Shown one piece after another: positions 63,811 through 64,000 of a DNA stretch of 64,000 bases. Location of the stretch: contig JANJGN010000014.1 in assembly GCA_026770705.1 (NCBI GenBank), forward strand, positions 123,318,001-123,382,000. Reading direction: 5' to 3'. Position numbers and translations under genes: made by a program. A model generated the notes under the pieces. It was given only the letters and a program-made list of their open reading frames with translations, did not search any database and was not told the DNA's origin. Each line of letters opens with the position of its first letter. Position 1 is the stretch's first letter. The DNA comes from Isurus oxyrinchus. Lineage: Eukaryota.

Positions 63811-64000
63811 TTTTTTCTTAATTCCTCCATCCTCCTTTCTGAGGTTTTGACAACAGCTGAGATATGGTTTTGAGGGAACTCATAACTGCCACCTCCAAGT
63901 ATCATTCTTGAGGCTATACTGAGCATATTGACAGATTATTCAGTCATGGAATGCATCACACCTGAATCTAACCCCTTCCGTGCACACAACAGAAGCACTT

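Noticed and set aside
1-64000. U4atac snRNA (RNU4ATAC lies in an early CLASP1 intron in mammals)
   Set aside because: No U4atac-like sequence recognised by eye, and this window covers the 3' half of the gene. An Infernal search would be definitive.
1-64000. CRISPR array, operon or other prokaryotic system
   Set aside because: Spliced vertebrate gene; no regularly spaced repeat-spacer structure.

Overview
Eukaryotic (vertebrate) genomic DNA, most likely a cartilaginous fish/shark (inferred from the CR1-, Deu-SINE-, Penelope- and Harbinger-rich repeat landscape). The window is the 3' half of a CLASP1 (CLIP-associating protein 1) gene on the + strand. I can place 11 apparently constitutive coding exons with consistent GT-AG phases (270-514 through 62953-63081: TOG3 domain, S/R-rich linker, start of the CLIP-interacting domain). 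Three frame-preserving cassette exons are not translated in the ORF track: a 3-nt Arg microexon (1989-1991), a 96-nt exon inside TOG3 (20645-20740) that is absent from the human CLASP1 sequence as I recall it, and a 117-nt RFWGWS exon (39839-39955). Each of the three has an ACTAAY (QKI-type) motif just downstream of its donor, suggesting a coordinated splicing module. The gene start and end lie outside the window. Introns hold nested CR1 LINEs, SINEs, two inverted solo LTRs of one family, five PIF/Harbinger-type elements with 3-bp TSDs, a Tigger-like MITE and Penelope-like elements with minimal hammerhead ribozyme motifs. There is one 141-nt assembly gap. Exon coordinates were counted base by base; LINE/SINE boundaries are approximate. 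Comparisons to other species are from memory, not from a search.
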